DNA from: Balanoglossus misakiensis
Taxonomy: Eukaryota; Animalia; Hemichordata
Direction of reading: 5' to 3'
NCBI GenBank assembly: GCA_040954595.2
Contig: CM082579.2
Coordinates: 9,289,625 to 9,353,624 of the forward strand
DNA: 64,000 nucleotides
Position 1 is the stretch's first letter. Every line of letters begins with the position of its first letter. Position numbers and translations under genes: made by a program. This document shows, one piece after another, positions 1 to 12,500 of the stretch. A model generated the notes under the pieces. The model saw nothing but the letters and a program-made list of their open reading frames with translations. It searched no databases and had not been told where the DNA came from.

Positions 1-718
1 GATTTACGTTTACTGAGACAAATGACGTCGCTTCTATGATCAGTGCCTTGCATATGCCGTTTGATGGCCGATTTTTGAAGATCCCGAGAACCATGCATGA
101 AAGCATTCTTTTTGCCATATTTTTCACGAACTTTACAGAAAAGCACGAGTGTCTTTTTTTCCGCCGCTTTCGTCGACGTCGTGCCGTAACCACGGATACA
201 CAAATGTACTCGGCGAGCCACTGATCTTTGAATTCTGTGTGGCCAGTCTTTGCATTCTCTCGCATTTTTTTCACTGGTGGGGCATCCCCCACTGACTCTT
301 GGTGTTCCGAATCATCGATTTCAGTGGCTTTCTTTCCATTATCAGTAGAGGATTTCGACGTAAATTTAAATGAAAATAAAGTTGACTGTTTTGCCGCCAT
401 GTTGATCGATATTACACGTACGTGACGCATGGCATGATGATTAGAACGCGCGCTAAACGAAAATTGTTACATTTTATCATGGTCAAGCGTCTGCGCAAAT
501 GGTTTGGAATGTTGCAATTTTATTCAAAACATGTAAGCGTGCACAAGGTGCTGTCTAGTTTGTCGGTCGTTTGATGAGTCTTTTGTTAGCTCGAACTTTC
601 AATGGCGAAAACAGAGTCAATTTCATAGCGTACGCCAGACGCACTTGTCGGTTCAATATGCGTATAGAAATTTTCCATTGCGTGTATTACGCACATTTTT
701 GCGTAACCGGAAACTCTG
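1..718 (-). mobile_element. 5' end of a decayed hAT-superfamily DNA transposon (ZNF862/TTF-type zinc-finger transposase remnant), in a TBC1D1/4 intron; runs off the window
   Basis: Minus-strand ATG at 400. Bridging two frameshifts gives FKDQWLAEYPWLRHD...LFCKVREKYGKKNAFMHGSRDLQKSAIKRHMQGTDH, the F..W...YPWL...FC..C...F..G....H..H pattern of TTF/BED-like fingers in hAT transposases. A candidate terminus CAGAGTTTCCGGTTACGC begins at 718. Confidence 0.7.
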
Positions 719-3512
719 ATGGACCAGTATAGGGTCAAAATTTCTTGCCCAAATTTTGCATGACCTCAGGTGACCTTTGACCTACTTTTACATATCTTTG
801 CATCGAGAGCAGATATGCTTATTGCTATGTTGCTATGTGCTATGTCCTCAAATGGGACCACAGTGTCCTTGACGCTATTTTTTTTTGATACCAGTAGCTC
901 TTATGTTTGATAACCTTTGAAGTATAAAGAACAGTTAGCTATTTTATGTTTTTCTCAGCAGAATGTGTAAATAAAGAAAATTTATGCTAGTGTAAAGCAA
1001 ACAGTCGTTAAATTTATATGTAGAACTTGAAGCCATGCGATGCATGACACCTGAACCAGCAAATGGGATTGGATGCATACAGTCTATGCAAGAGATCCTG
1101 ACCAATCAGGTACATGCTGTCATAATTAAGATGGATAAATCCAACAAGTGTACAGTAGCTATACTTTTCGATATTAAATGGCCGAGACTCTGACTTACAA
1201 CTTGTATATTGGTGTTTGTACCACTTGTATGTTGATGTAAACATCAACTAAACATTATGCGATTGTGAACTATATCAATGACAGGTGAGCATTGTGGAAA
1301 AATAACATTCTCTGACGTTGGTGTTTGACGTCACATGCATGCTGTGATGCAATTGTTTTATCAACTGCGCTACACTGCATATTTTATTCCAGCCGGTCTC
1401 AATTTAGCTGAACTTTGCACTGTGAGTAATGGCCATGTGTCTGTCTGGAGTTAATCAGTCAGTTTGACAATACAATTGTTTTGATAGTATTAAAGGGACA
1501 AAGTCTCTCTCTCGCTGCAGAACGTTGTTTCTTCTCAGCTCTGTTTCATTGACCAAGGCAGCTTACAGAATCTGGCATGGTTTCAGTTTTAGTATTCTTC
1601 AGAACAAGAATGAGTCACCATAGGTTTTACATGTGTCTCGAATACCACCTTGTTCTGTCGAATTTGCTAAACTGAAATGACATCATATGTTGGTTGGAAG
1701 GGGGGGGGGGCTTCTTGCCATTACGTATGTAGTTTGAAAATAATCCAAAAATATCTTTCGAGGATGTCAGGATGCAAAATATGATAGCGGCCGGCATTTT
1801 TAGGTAGGTGGCAAAATATCGTAGCGGAAGTTGCGTAGGCCGAGAGTTGTAAGACATTGACCCTTCTGTGCGGATATTCGCACAGATTCGGTGGATCGAA
1901 TCTCCAGAGGGCAGCAGAGATGTCAACGACCTCCGAAATCATCAAATTGAGAATTATTTCAGCTGGTCAACCAATTATGTACATTGTGCATGCACAGCTG
2001 AACCTTCTTGTTGAATAATACCGGTCAATCAGGCAGGTTTCTTGAAACACGGTGTGAAAAAAACGCTCACTTGATTTGTTCACCAGCCTGAGATCTCGGA
2101 ACCATTAGGTCATATTTATCAAGAAAATACGCATCAAAGCACATGCCTTGTTTGAGAGTGCCACTTAATCGTATGATGACACCGACATAAAATATTCAGG
2201 AGCTTGATGGATTACTTGATGAGCACATTTAAATTCACCTCCCAGGTGCTGGAAATGCAGAGGAAGGTTTCATCATTTCTGCTGGCTATACCAGTAATAT
2301 TCTGTGTCTCTCTGATAGCCTTGATAGTTTATTTTATGATTTGGGTACCACAGGCATCAAGTTGAACCTGAACAGTGGCATCTTTTTTACATTTTATACC
2401 ATCATTTTCTTCTTTTTTTTTCATTTTAAACCTAAGTTGCAAGTATATCATGTTGTTCTATCCCTCACAATATTTGCATATCCTTGTTGCCATATTTGTG
2501 AGTGTAGAAATGATATCTTTGGGTGCACCTAAAAATATGGCCACCAGTGCAAAACGTCAAGTGGATTTATCTGGACATAGTGTGTCTAGGAATAACACAA
2601 CTGTAGTATGATAACTTAAAGTAATCCTTCTGTTTTCTCATCATATTTAAGATTATTATAAGATTTTTTTTTTTAAATGTGAATTACATTTGTGTATTCA
2701 AGTCTAGAACACATGAACATTCATATCAAGGTCATCTAGTATCAAATTCTATGTGACGACGACAATAAACTGAGCCAAAGGCACATGTATGCATACATGA
2801 TTGGTATACTAATAGATGAATGGTTGGAATACCCATCCCAATTGACCTAGTTTGATCCAAAGAAGTCCATGCACTTTCTATCTACAATGTATTTATGGTC
2901 GTGTTGTCGCTTATCCCTGGATGTGTTGACCTCGATTTAGACTATTAAAAGCTTTAAATAGTCATCCTTTTCACAAGTTAGTTGCAACATAATATCTGGT
3001 AATCTTGCATACGACTTTCAATCATGCACCTAGTCCTACTGACAATACAAAGCTGTGTATAGGTTTAGCGTGGGGGGGGGGGGGTGAAATTGGAATTGCA
3101 TTGAGGTTGAAGCTTAAACATCAATCAATATGTCATCTTTTCTTATTAGTTGTCATTTCACAAATTAGACATCTGAAGTGTCTATATGGTTCACTTCGCA
3201 TACCATTTAATTATCAGGGAAATGAATTGACTGAGGTACGACCACAAAAGGAATGTACATATAAACCGTGAATTGGAAGAAGTAATGAGAAACTCCCAGT
3301 CAATACCATGCAATATGTGTAGCTATGGAGACATACATCCACCGGTCTGCTGTGTCAACAGTGTCACTCGCATCTGTTGTACTTCCAGCGAGGTATCCCA
3401 CAATGCACTTGTTCAAGTTAGCAGCACTGCAAATTTCATGTTGACACGGCAGACGTCATGTGCACATGTTCTTACAAATTCTCACTAATGATCTGTTTAT
3501 TTCCACTTGCAG

Positions 3513-6500
3513 GTCCACAAATTTGCCAAATCGGTGAGGGAGGCCGCCAGGGAAGCGCAAAAGGTGGACCAGCAGGCAAAGGATCATGGGAAGCTGCCGG
3601 TCACCGAGTGCCTGATCGACGGCAACTCCAGCAACTTCGAGGTGCTCTACGTGGGCAAGATCGTGGTCTCGCACAAGAAGGCGCCGCCCACCCTCATCGA
3701 TGACACGATTCAAAAGTTCAAGGAGCACGAAGAGCGGAAGCGGGAGAAGGCAGAGGAGAACAGAGAGAAGGAGGCGGACGACGGGAGAGACGAGAAAGAG
3801 GCTGACGCAACTAACGGTAACACAGAGGCTGATGAGCAGGCGACGAACGATGCAGAGGACTCGAAGGGAGTCGCGGAAAACGAAAACGAAAACGAATCAA
3901 AAGCCAGTAAAAAGCCAAAAACAAATGGCGAGAACAGAAGCAGTAGAAACGTCTATTCTACAGAGAGCGAAAAGAACAGGATAATTTTGTTCCACATCGG
4001 GAGGAACGACATCAGCTTGATCAGCCTGGATAAGAAGAATTTCATGTTGACGAAGCGATTTAAGGAGATCTCGTTCTGTTCACAGGTAAGGGGCCAATAC
4101 AGAGCAGTTTTACATTTTTGTAGGTGCAGTGGTAAACTTACAATACACCAGATCTGTTTTGGATCCTGAGTGGCTCAGCATTCAATGGTGTCCTGGATAA
4201 TATACGGTACTTGTTCTGATACATAATTTGAAGAAGTCGAATACTTGTAAGTGCTACATGTAACTGTGTACGTGTTCTCTAACTGCAACTTTTTTCCCCC
4301 CAGGGTATCAAAATTCCAGAATACTTTGGTTTCATCTGCCGTGAGAAAACGGCCAACAGCAACTACATGTGCTACGCGTTCAAGTGCCAGTCTGGTGCCG
4401 TGGTAAGTGTTGTCTCCTCTACACACTCATCGCTGTTTGGAAAATTTGCCGTGTAATGCGTGCTGAATGAGGACGCACTTCTCTCTGCCCCTGGAGCCAA
4501 AATCTCTCAGACGGGGACACCTGTGGTGGTGGGAGCTGTGCGGTTTTTGTCACGTTTTTTTTTCTGTGGATTTCAAACGCCGTTACCGCAGAGATAATAT
4601 TGCACGCTCATCGGTGCTTACTGATCATCTCTCTTATAATTTGAACATCGTCAGTGATAACAACAGGGGTTTGTGAAAAATAGCCAGCCTTTGGCACAAG
4701 CAGCCAGCTGTGAAAACTGTTTTGGCAGAAAATAGAGATTGAGTTTGATTAAAAAGACGTGCTCTTTTCATCATACCGTAGGATTTGCTAAAGAATGCTT
4801 GAAAACAGTAATTTTGACAAAATAGGTTTTTTTTCATTAATTTATGACAACTTTCCTATAGAATGCAACAAGGTCATGGATATGGATTTTTTCACAGCAT
4901 GTTCATAATGTTGAGGACAAAATAATTATGCTAGCATTTTAGAGGCCATGGGTATTGAAATATGTACATGATAAACAAAATTTCATTTAATAATCAATCT
5001 GATTATCCCAAATACAAATCAGAATAAGTGGAAGTTTCACTTCAGTTATCCAATAAAAACAAATCAGCTGATGTCCTAAGGTGATGTGGTCAACAGTGTT
5101 TATTAACGATTAAACAATAACTTGTAAATCATGGCTTGTTCTCTTGTGTCATTGGGTATGTATTTTGTTCCTCATTACAGGTAGATGAAATTCTGTTGAC
5201 GCTGCGCCAGGCATTCCACTCTGCTTTGCAGACGTCGCACGTGATTTGCGAGACGTGTCCAATGCACCAACTTCACAAGCTCTGTCTAGAACTTGAAGGT
5301 ACGTGGCAAGAGGCGTTTTTAAAGTGACAAAGTCTCTCTCTCGCTGCTTTTTCCATTAATTATGTTTGGTAAAAGATACTGTTTATATGCAGTGAATGAA
5401 CGTTCACATAATTTAAGGAAAAAGACAGAGACTTTGTCCCTTTAAATGCAGCGTGCACATTGTACATGTAACACGTTGTAGGTTCAAACAAGTTTGAGTC
5501 GAGTGTATATGTGCCTTCATCATCGCCTACTACATGTATTTGTTAGGTCTGAGAACGGTTGCCAAGAATGAAGAAGAATGCAGCGTTTAATTTTGAAACC
5601 AAATTGTCAACAGGAAATGTGCAGTGTGTACTTCCTCCTAATGACATCGCTGTTTTCAGTGTGACAAGTGACTCTCTTGTACATATTTACACATGTACAT
5701 GTAGTGTTGTTCACCAGAAGTTCTCAAGGTCGACCACCAGAGTTCGTGCTTTTTCAAAAACAAAATATAGATCGGGGAAAACTGCTTAAGGCTAGAAAAT
5801 TGTCACATTCCCAACATATATTCCAGTATATTCCCCGTTTTCTGCGAATTCCACAACTTTCACAAGAAGTACAGAAAAAGGAATCAGTGATGATCATGAT
5901 ATCGGCTCAATCAAGTAAATTTTCCATGTTGGCCTGGTAATTTGATCATAAATCCCTTAGCTGCACAGCAAAGGCGCAGGTAGATTAGCTGGCAGAGCCG
6001 CTAATTCCTGTAACAGTGCTTAAGGTTAAAAAATAAATAATAGATTACTTTGCATCATCCAGTGAGTATTTGCACATTGATTTAATGTGACAGTGGGGCA
6101 GGGAAGGATTCCAGACATCCATTGATCTAATGACCAGATCATCGTCATGTCGACAAACACAGGTGTAACCATGTTGTTGTTGGTATTTCCGGTCTGAGAA
6201 TAACAATACAAGATTGTGTTGTGGGAGACTGTTCAAAAGTAGGCAGAATTTGCTTTAAATTATTCAGTTTGTTGCACTATAACAGGATTTTGTTTTTAAT
6301 CGCAAAGGAAAAACAGCAACTTTGGTGCTATCTGGATTTTTATGATCTCTCTTTTGACTTCAATATAACCCTATCCCAAACATTGACCCTTACTGGTGGG
6401 TAGGAAATATCTGAGCAGTAAATGTTTGTGGGGGTAACTGACCTCAACACCACAAGGTGAAAAGTGTGGAAGACAGGTAAACGTTTCGACCTACCACTGA

Positions 6501-9500
6501 CCCCCTTATCAGCATCTGCGTAATTTTACATTCAATAAACATATCGATAATGTAGCTTAACTCCAAAAAACACCACTTCAATCTGTAATGTTACATCGAT
6601 AAACAAATTTGATAATGTACAGGTAACTCCAAAAAACATCACTTATGGGCCAGATGCTATCGTGATATTAATATGCATTTTACGCTAAACATGTTCCTAA
6701 ACAAACACGAGATAAGCCACTGGCCAATGTAAGGGTTTGTTGTGGTGAAAAGGTTATCGTTGGGGGAAAAATATGACAATGTGGCATAGTTCTCACAAAG
6801 GAACCAGACAGTTCTTTAATTTGAATTTATCAGTATTTTTGTGGAATATGCGTATTTGTGTCAGCCAGCTGTCGTGCAAATCCTCCATATGGGTACCTAA
6901 TGATAGGGCTTAAATAAGGAGTCTGTTCTCGGCATGTTTGCACTGTGGCGGTGACTGTTGGCGACTTGGCATTCACACACGGATATGCCGGATACGTCGA
7001 TCGTGAATGTTTTCCTCTTTGTGCGATCGGATATAGCATGGAAACCCTGAACATCATGAAGATGAGGCAAGGTACGTGGTGGAATAAAACCTACATGTAA
7101 TTCCGTGTCTACGGAATAGATAATGGTGTAATATGACAGAACCCCATGGCTCGATCGTGCAAGCACGGCGTACCGGTAGTATTTGCATCGAGTAACTGGC
7201 GGTGTATCCTTGCGCCAGTCCCCTTGCACGAGCGACAACAACAATGATGATTGTAATGAGCCATCAACATTGGAGTTGCACGTTGTCTTATCAGTTGCAA
7301 ATGTGTACATTAGAAAAGGAGAAAAACAGAGAAATGATCATTGCTTTGGTGTTGATGGTCTCCATAGCAGATGGTTTGTGTTTCCAGGGAGAGAAAATCC
7401 CAGGACTGTGTGTACTGATTGATTTCTTTGCAGAAATCTAGGCTGTGTGGATCAATACACAAGTAGAATGCTAATCCTAAAATGGGTTTCTACAGTGTAA
7501 TACCCGATAGCACTGTAGGGGCCCGGTCGTTCGTTCACTGGATAAAAAGCGTTGAAAGTTCCAGAAATACACAATGATGTACCAGTACTTCACAATCTAT
7601 AATATAAACGACAATTATTTAACAATGAGCCACACAGACACAAATTTTGTAGATTTTACAAGTTGCTTGTCTAACAGGTAACTATAACCTTCACACGAAT
7701 GAATAAAATTAGTGAAGAAATCAAGAAAAATTAACACCAATTTTCACCATATATTTTTTCATTCTAATGTGAAAGGGCAAGTTTGATATTTCTGAACGGT
7801 CGTTTTTTTGTAGTTTTGTTCAATCCCCCTGCTGTGTACTACATGTGTTTTGAGATGTTCCCTTATTGTTTTGAATGCATCAAATCGTTATTCCCTCTGC
7901 ATGTTGCCAGTTGCCTGCAAGGCGTTATTGCCAGCCAACTCAGCCGATTAAATTGAAGTTTGAGATTAGAAGCATACGGCTGTTTATCGACTCGGACGTT
8001 TGTAATCTTGTCAAATGTAGGCCTATTGCCGACATTGCGTGTTCTTTGGCTGATTCAGAATAATTGCTCTCTTCTGTCCAGATTTTACACCCATTTATAT
8101 GGGAAAAAATCCTTCTTTTCTGATGAAATTTTGTTCCGACACTTAGCAGTGGAGTACATTAATTTCACGCCAAAGTAAGATTTACTAGCATTCAATTTGG
8201 AAACAAAAACAAATTTTCACTGGCAGGATTATTAATTGTATCTTTGCAAGAAAATATGTACAAATGCTATTTTCATGGGTTCAGAGGAGATTCCAGAAAC
8301 CACAAAGAAAGCTTGATTATGACAGCGAACCACTGTGATAACTCAGTCAATTAGTTAACGACTAATCAAATGTATCAAATAGGGAACAGAAGTGAATGCG
8401 TAATATGTACTGATTAGCTCGCTTCCTCTGTTTTTGCATTAATCAACGTCTAAATTAATTGTGCGTGGAAATGGGTAAACATTTGTCTAGCATATTCGTT
8501 CTGTGTCGCAAAATTTCCAGTTGCGTATTATTTGCAAGGCGTAGAATTTATTTCCGAAAGCCATCCCTTGGGGCAGTTTAGAAAAATTGGAGTTAAAATT
8601 TACTCATCATCCAAGCGTTCGATATTGCGTGATTAAAGTCTTTGTCGTGCAGAAGGACTTTTGAGTAATAAATGCTGCCAACTCCGTAATGACTTGCGTC
8701 ACTGTATAATCTGTTATCAAATTTTTGCATCCATTTGACGTAGTTTGGTTTCCTGGCAACAGTGGCAATGAACAGGTGCACTGTGACCCGACCTTTGACC
8801 TTATCGAGAAAGGTCATCAAAATATGCTGGTATGGATGTAATATTTCAAGGCAGAGAACATGGCTTCTGTGTTTTTGCTGTTTAGTAGTGCAGTTGTTTG
8901 TTTTGAAGAGTAACAACCACACACACCTGGCCTTGCTTTGAATACTTCTGTTGCTGAGAGATGTTCAGTTCCAGTTTCGTAAAATTATATAGTACTCAGT
9001 TTTGTGGCATATCATGTTTTCAATTTTCATGTCAATTTGCTTCTTAATGTGCTATCATTAAACGTAAATTTGAGATATTGCTATTTTAAATAATTGTCAA
9101 GAACGAGTTGACTTTTCGTGGCAATATTTTCTTTTTCTTTGTGTTTGACACCATAACATTTCATTCAAAAGTCTCTTCCAAGAAAATTGATAATTTCGTG
9201 ATTGTGTTTTTGTGTGTAATGCATACAGAGTGTAAATGCTTTTGTGGCGACGTCATTTTGGAACTTGATTGGGGTCATTTAGGATAATGCGCAAGGCCAC
9301 ATCATTACCGTCTATTAACTCATACATACATAGATACCATTGTTAGATTCATTGCCAATAACTGTCAAGAATGGAATTCTGGTTTTGTCACGTCAATATC
9401 AGCAATGAATTACATGCAAGTCTGCTTCACTTTAAATTACACACACACAGAGAACATGGCAGAAGTATCGTGCCTAGGGTCTCGTACAGGGGTTGGTAGA

Positions 9501-12500
9501 ACCCCAATCAAACTCCATATTCACAATATTATAATATCAGAGCCTCAGAGACAAGTCTTGGTGCAAGTTACAGGCATGATCTTCAGAGTCGATAGTGTGA
9601 TCGTTGCACCACTCAACTATATCACAAAATGTGCCTCAAACTGATTGGACCGGTCAAAGTTTAAATAAAGTGCAGAAGATCACGTAAAATGTACCCTACT
9701 TTTTGTCTGCGCCGATGTTTTCTTCCGGCATTGCAGACACTCATGAAGAAAATAACACACCTTTGTTGGTGCGCAGCAGAAATTTAATAACATTGTTGTT
9801 TCATTTCCGTGCAGCAAAACATTCGATCAGACAAACTAGCAATGCTATGAAGGGGGGACGAGAGTATCGCACAATAGAAGAAAATCTATGATGTGATAGT
9901 ATTGACTGAATCAACCAATGCTGTATCAGAAAATTGTGCAACTTTGCAAGGTTTTATTGATTTTGTTGCCTGAAATAGTAACTCTTTTAGCATAGATGCT
10001 GTTCAATTGAATGTCTGTAGACAAAGAGGCATTTTTCTCAAAGTGACCCCGTTCAGGTTAATGTGATAAGGTGTGTAACCTCTGAGTCTTCTGCTTACAA
10101 TAACCCGTTACATCATCGCCATGACAACAAGCAAGGCTACAATGCACCATAGTTGCAGAACCCTGTTTTCTGAAATATGTTTAGATTTTACCAATTTTTA
10201 GTAAAATAGATGATTCTTGTCTTCATGATTGAAAATAATAGACATAGTTTACATGAAAAAAATAGAAACTTTCATTGCAAAGTTTTAAAGGGATTTTGGG
10301 ATGTAGAGGAGCTGTGTAAATTTGCCTGTGTGTCTGGACTGAGCAGAAAAAATCAATGTCAACTGATTGATTTTGTTAATCTGAACGTTACAGTATTGAG
10401 TAATGCCTTGCAAGCTGATGCAGCATTGATTTTGCGAGAAATCCTGATTGTGCACATAAAGTAGTTTGAAACAGTTCTAATGTAGAGAGGACTGGTTTGA
10501 CATGCAAATATTCAACAGTGCCAGGTGGAATGTCATATCAGAAGCCTCAGCAGGTGGAAGGAGTGACCAGTGTAATAAACACAAAAGCAAACCAGTGGAA
10601 CATAAACCATTATTAAGCGGATGTAAAAGTCTCGCAAGGCTGCCGCTTTCAATTTCTTTCTCGACTCCCTCTTCAAACAGGTGAAAAACAGGTGCTTGAA
10701 TGTTGCAGTAATTGGGAACAGACATTTCCTGAGCTCTTGACCTCAATGTCTTCATGCAGATTCCGTTTAACTTTTTATTTGTCTCTATATTCCTTTACAG
10801 GGCAGTCGGTCAGTAAAGTGCATAAGCTGTTGTCCAAGAGGTTGGAAAACTTAAGCGACAGCCAGCATGCAGAGGTTGTTGCTATGCTCAAGGTAAATAT
10901 GATGTTCATGCTGTCTTCTTTTCATAAACCCTCTTTTGGAAATCATAAGTTTATACAGTGGTGTTTTTATCAATCAGAGTTATGTGATGTACTGCATGTA
11001 ATTCAGAATAATGTAGATGTTAAAATGGGCTATTCAAACTTGATTGGAACAAGCAAAAATGTAAGATAGGATAATATGTTTCCGTATTGTACGTGTAGTT
11101 TTGGTAGTGTTGGCTGAAGGTGCATAACATGTATATATAGTATTAGTATGTGAAAGAACAGGGCAAAAGGAAGGTTCAACATAATAGTTACAACAATTTG
11201 AACAGGGCCCAAGCATGTGATGTACATGTCACAGAGTAATTGGCAGGACTTTTCACACAGTGACAGTTTTGTTCTAAACTTTCACTTATGTTGTTGGGGG
11301 TCAAAGGGGTTCTCTTCTGACAGCAGATGTGTAGCAATGTGTGGGTCCAAAGAAACAGGCAGGAATGCCTGGGGACTGCTTCTGGAAGTTTATAATTCAC
11401 ATGATGTATGTCTTAGTTTTTGGCACATCCATCTTGAGAAAGATCATTGCGTTAGGTGGACATGTCAGAAGCTAGGCGCTTGATAGAGGGCAGTCTTCCA
11501 CCCACATGTTGGCAGACAATGCTCATGAGAGCTGTTGAGAATTGGAGCAAATAACATTTTGTATGCCATTGAGGTACCTGAAATAATCCTCAATTAATTT
11601 AAATGTAGCTTAATGGGATTGAAGTCAGTTGTGTAAATCTTCAATCTTTCAAGTACGGTCAGTGAATGAAGAACAAGCATTGCATAGTTAATAATGTGAA
11701 ACAAAATTTTTGTCTTTTCCATGTAAACCTGATTGAGATACTAACTTTAAGTTCTTTTTTATGATATAATACTAAATAGAAGGATGGTTTAGTTTTTAAT
11801 AGTTACCAATTTCTTGGTTTGAGATAACTAACCACTCCAAAAGCAAAGGGCGGACACTCACTTTTCTGAGAAAAAACAGCAACATTTTTTTTCAGTGGTC
11901 TCAAATGTCTTTGATAAGAAGAATATGAAAAAAATATTCAAGCAGCAAACATGTACATGTACATGACCATATTGAGTCTCGCATCAAAAATAGCAGTGCT
12001 GACTACGCGCATTGTGACAAGTCACATATGACTAATTCATGTATAATTTCCGTAACCTTTCTTCAAATCTCAGCTGCAAAAATATGTTATGTAAAAAAGT
12101 ATTCTACAGGGCAAGAGGTGGTTCCCAGCAGAGACGTGTTCTGCGTGCGTCTCCATGGAAATAGGACGATTCCGATTGTAGATAACAAAGAAGCGCCCAC
12201 ACACTCCCATCTGCAAATTCAGAGCCACATTAGCGCAAATGTCACACCAGGCACGAATTGAATTCTAGATTTCATTACAGCCTTTCTTGAATCACTGTTG
12301 AAGATTTTAAGTGACCCAACCAACCTGCGAGTTTAAATTTGTTTTGTTTTTTCGTGTTTCGCAGGAGAATAGTCTGAACGAGCAAGAGGAGAATGATATC
12401 ATCATGGCGTTTCTGAGATCCGTGTGTGAGGCGAAGCAGAAGTGCCATGTTCACATCAGCGACAACGGCGGCCAGAGAGAGGTGAGTCTCGATTGCCGGT

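Noticed and set aside
6470-6520. Minus-strand CTGATAAG...GGTCGAAACG, hammerhead-like
   Set aside because: Core is mutated (CTGATAA) and stem II does not pair; at most a dead Penelope remnant.
6830-7441. Overlapping ORFs of 63-137 aa in the large TBC1D1/4 intron
   Set aside because: No recognisable motif or phase-compatible splice sites; possibly a repeat fragment but unsupported.
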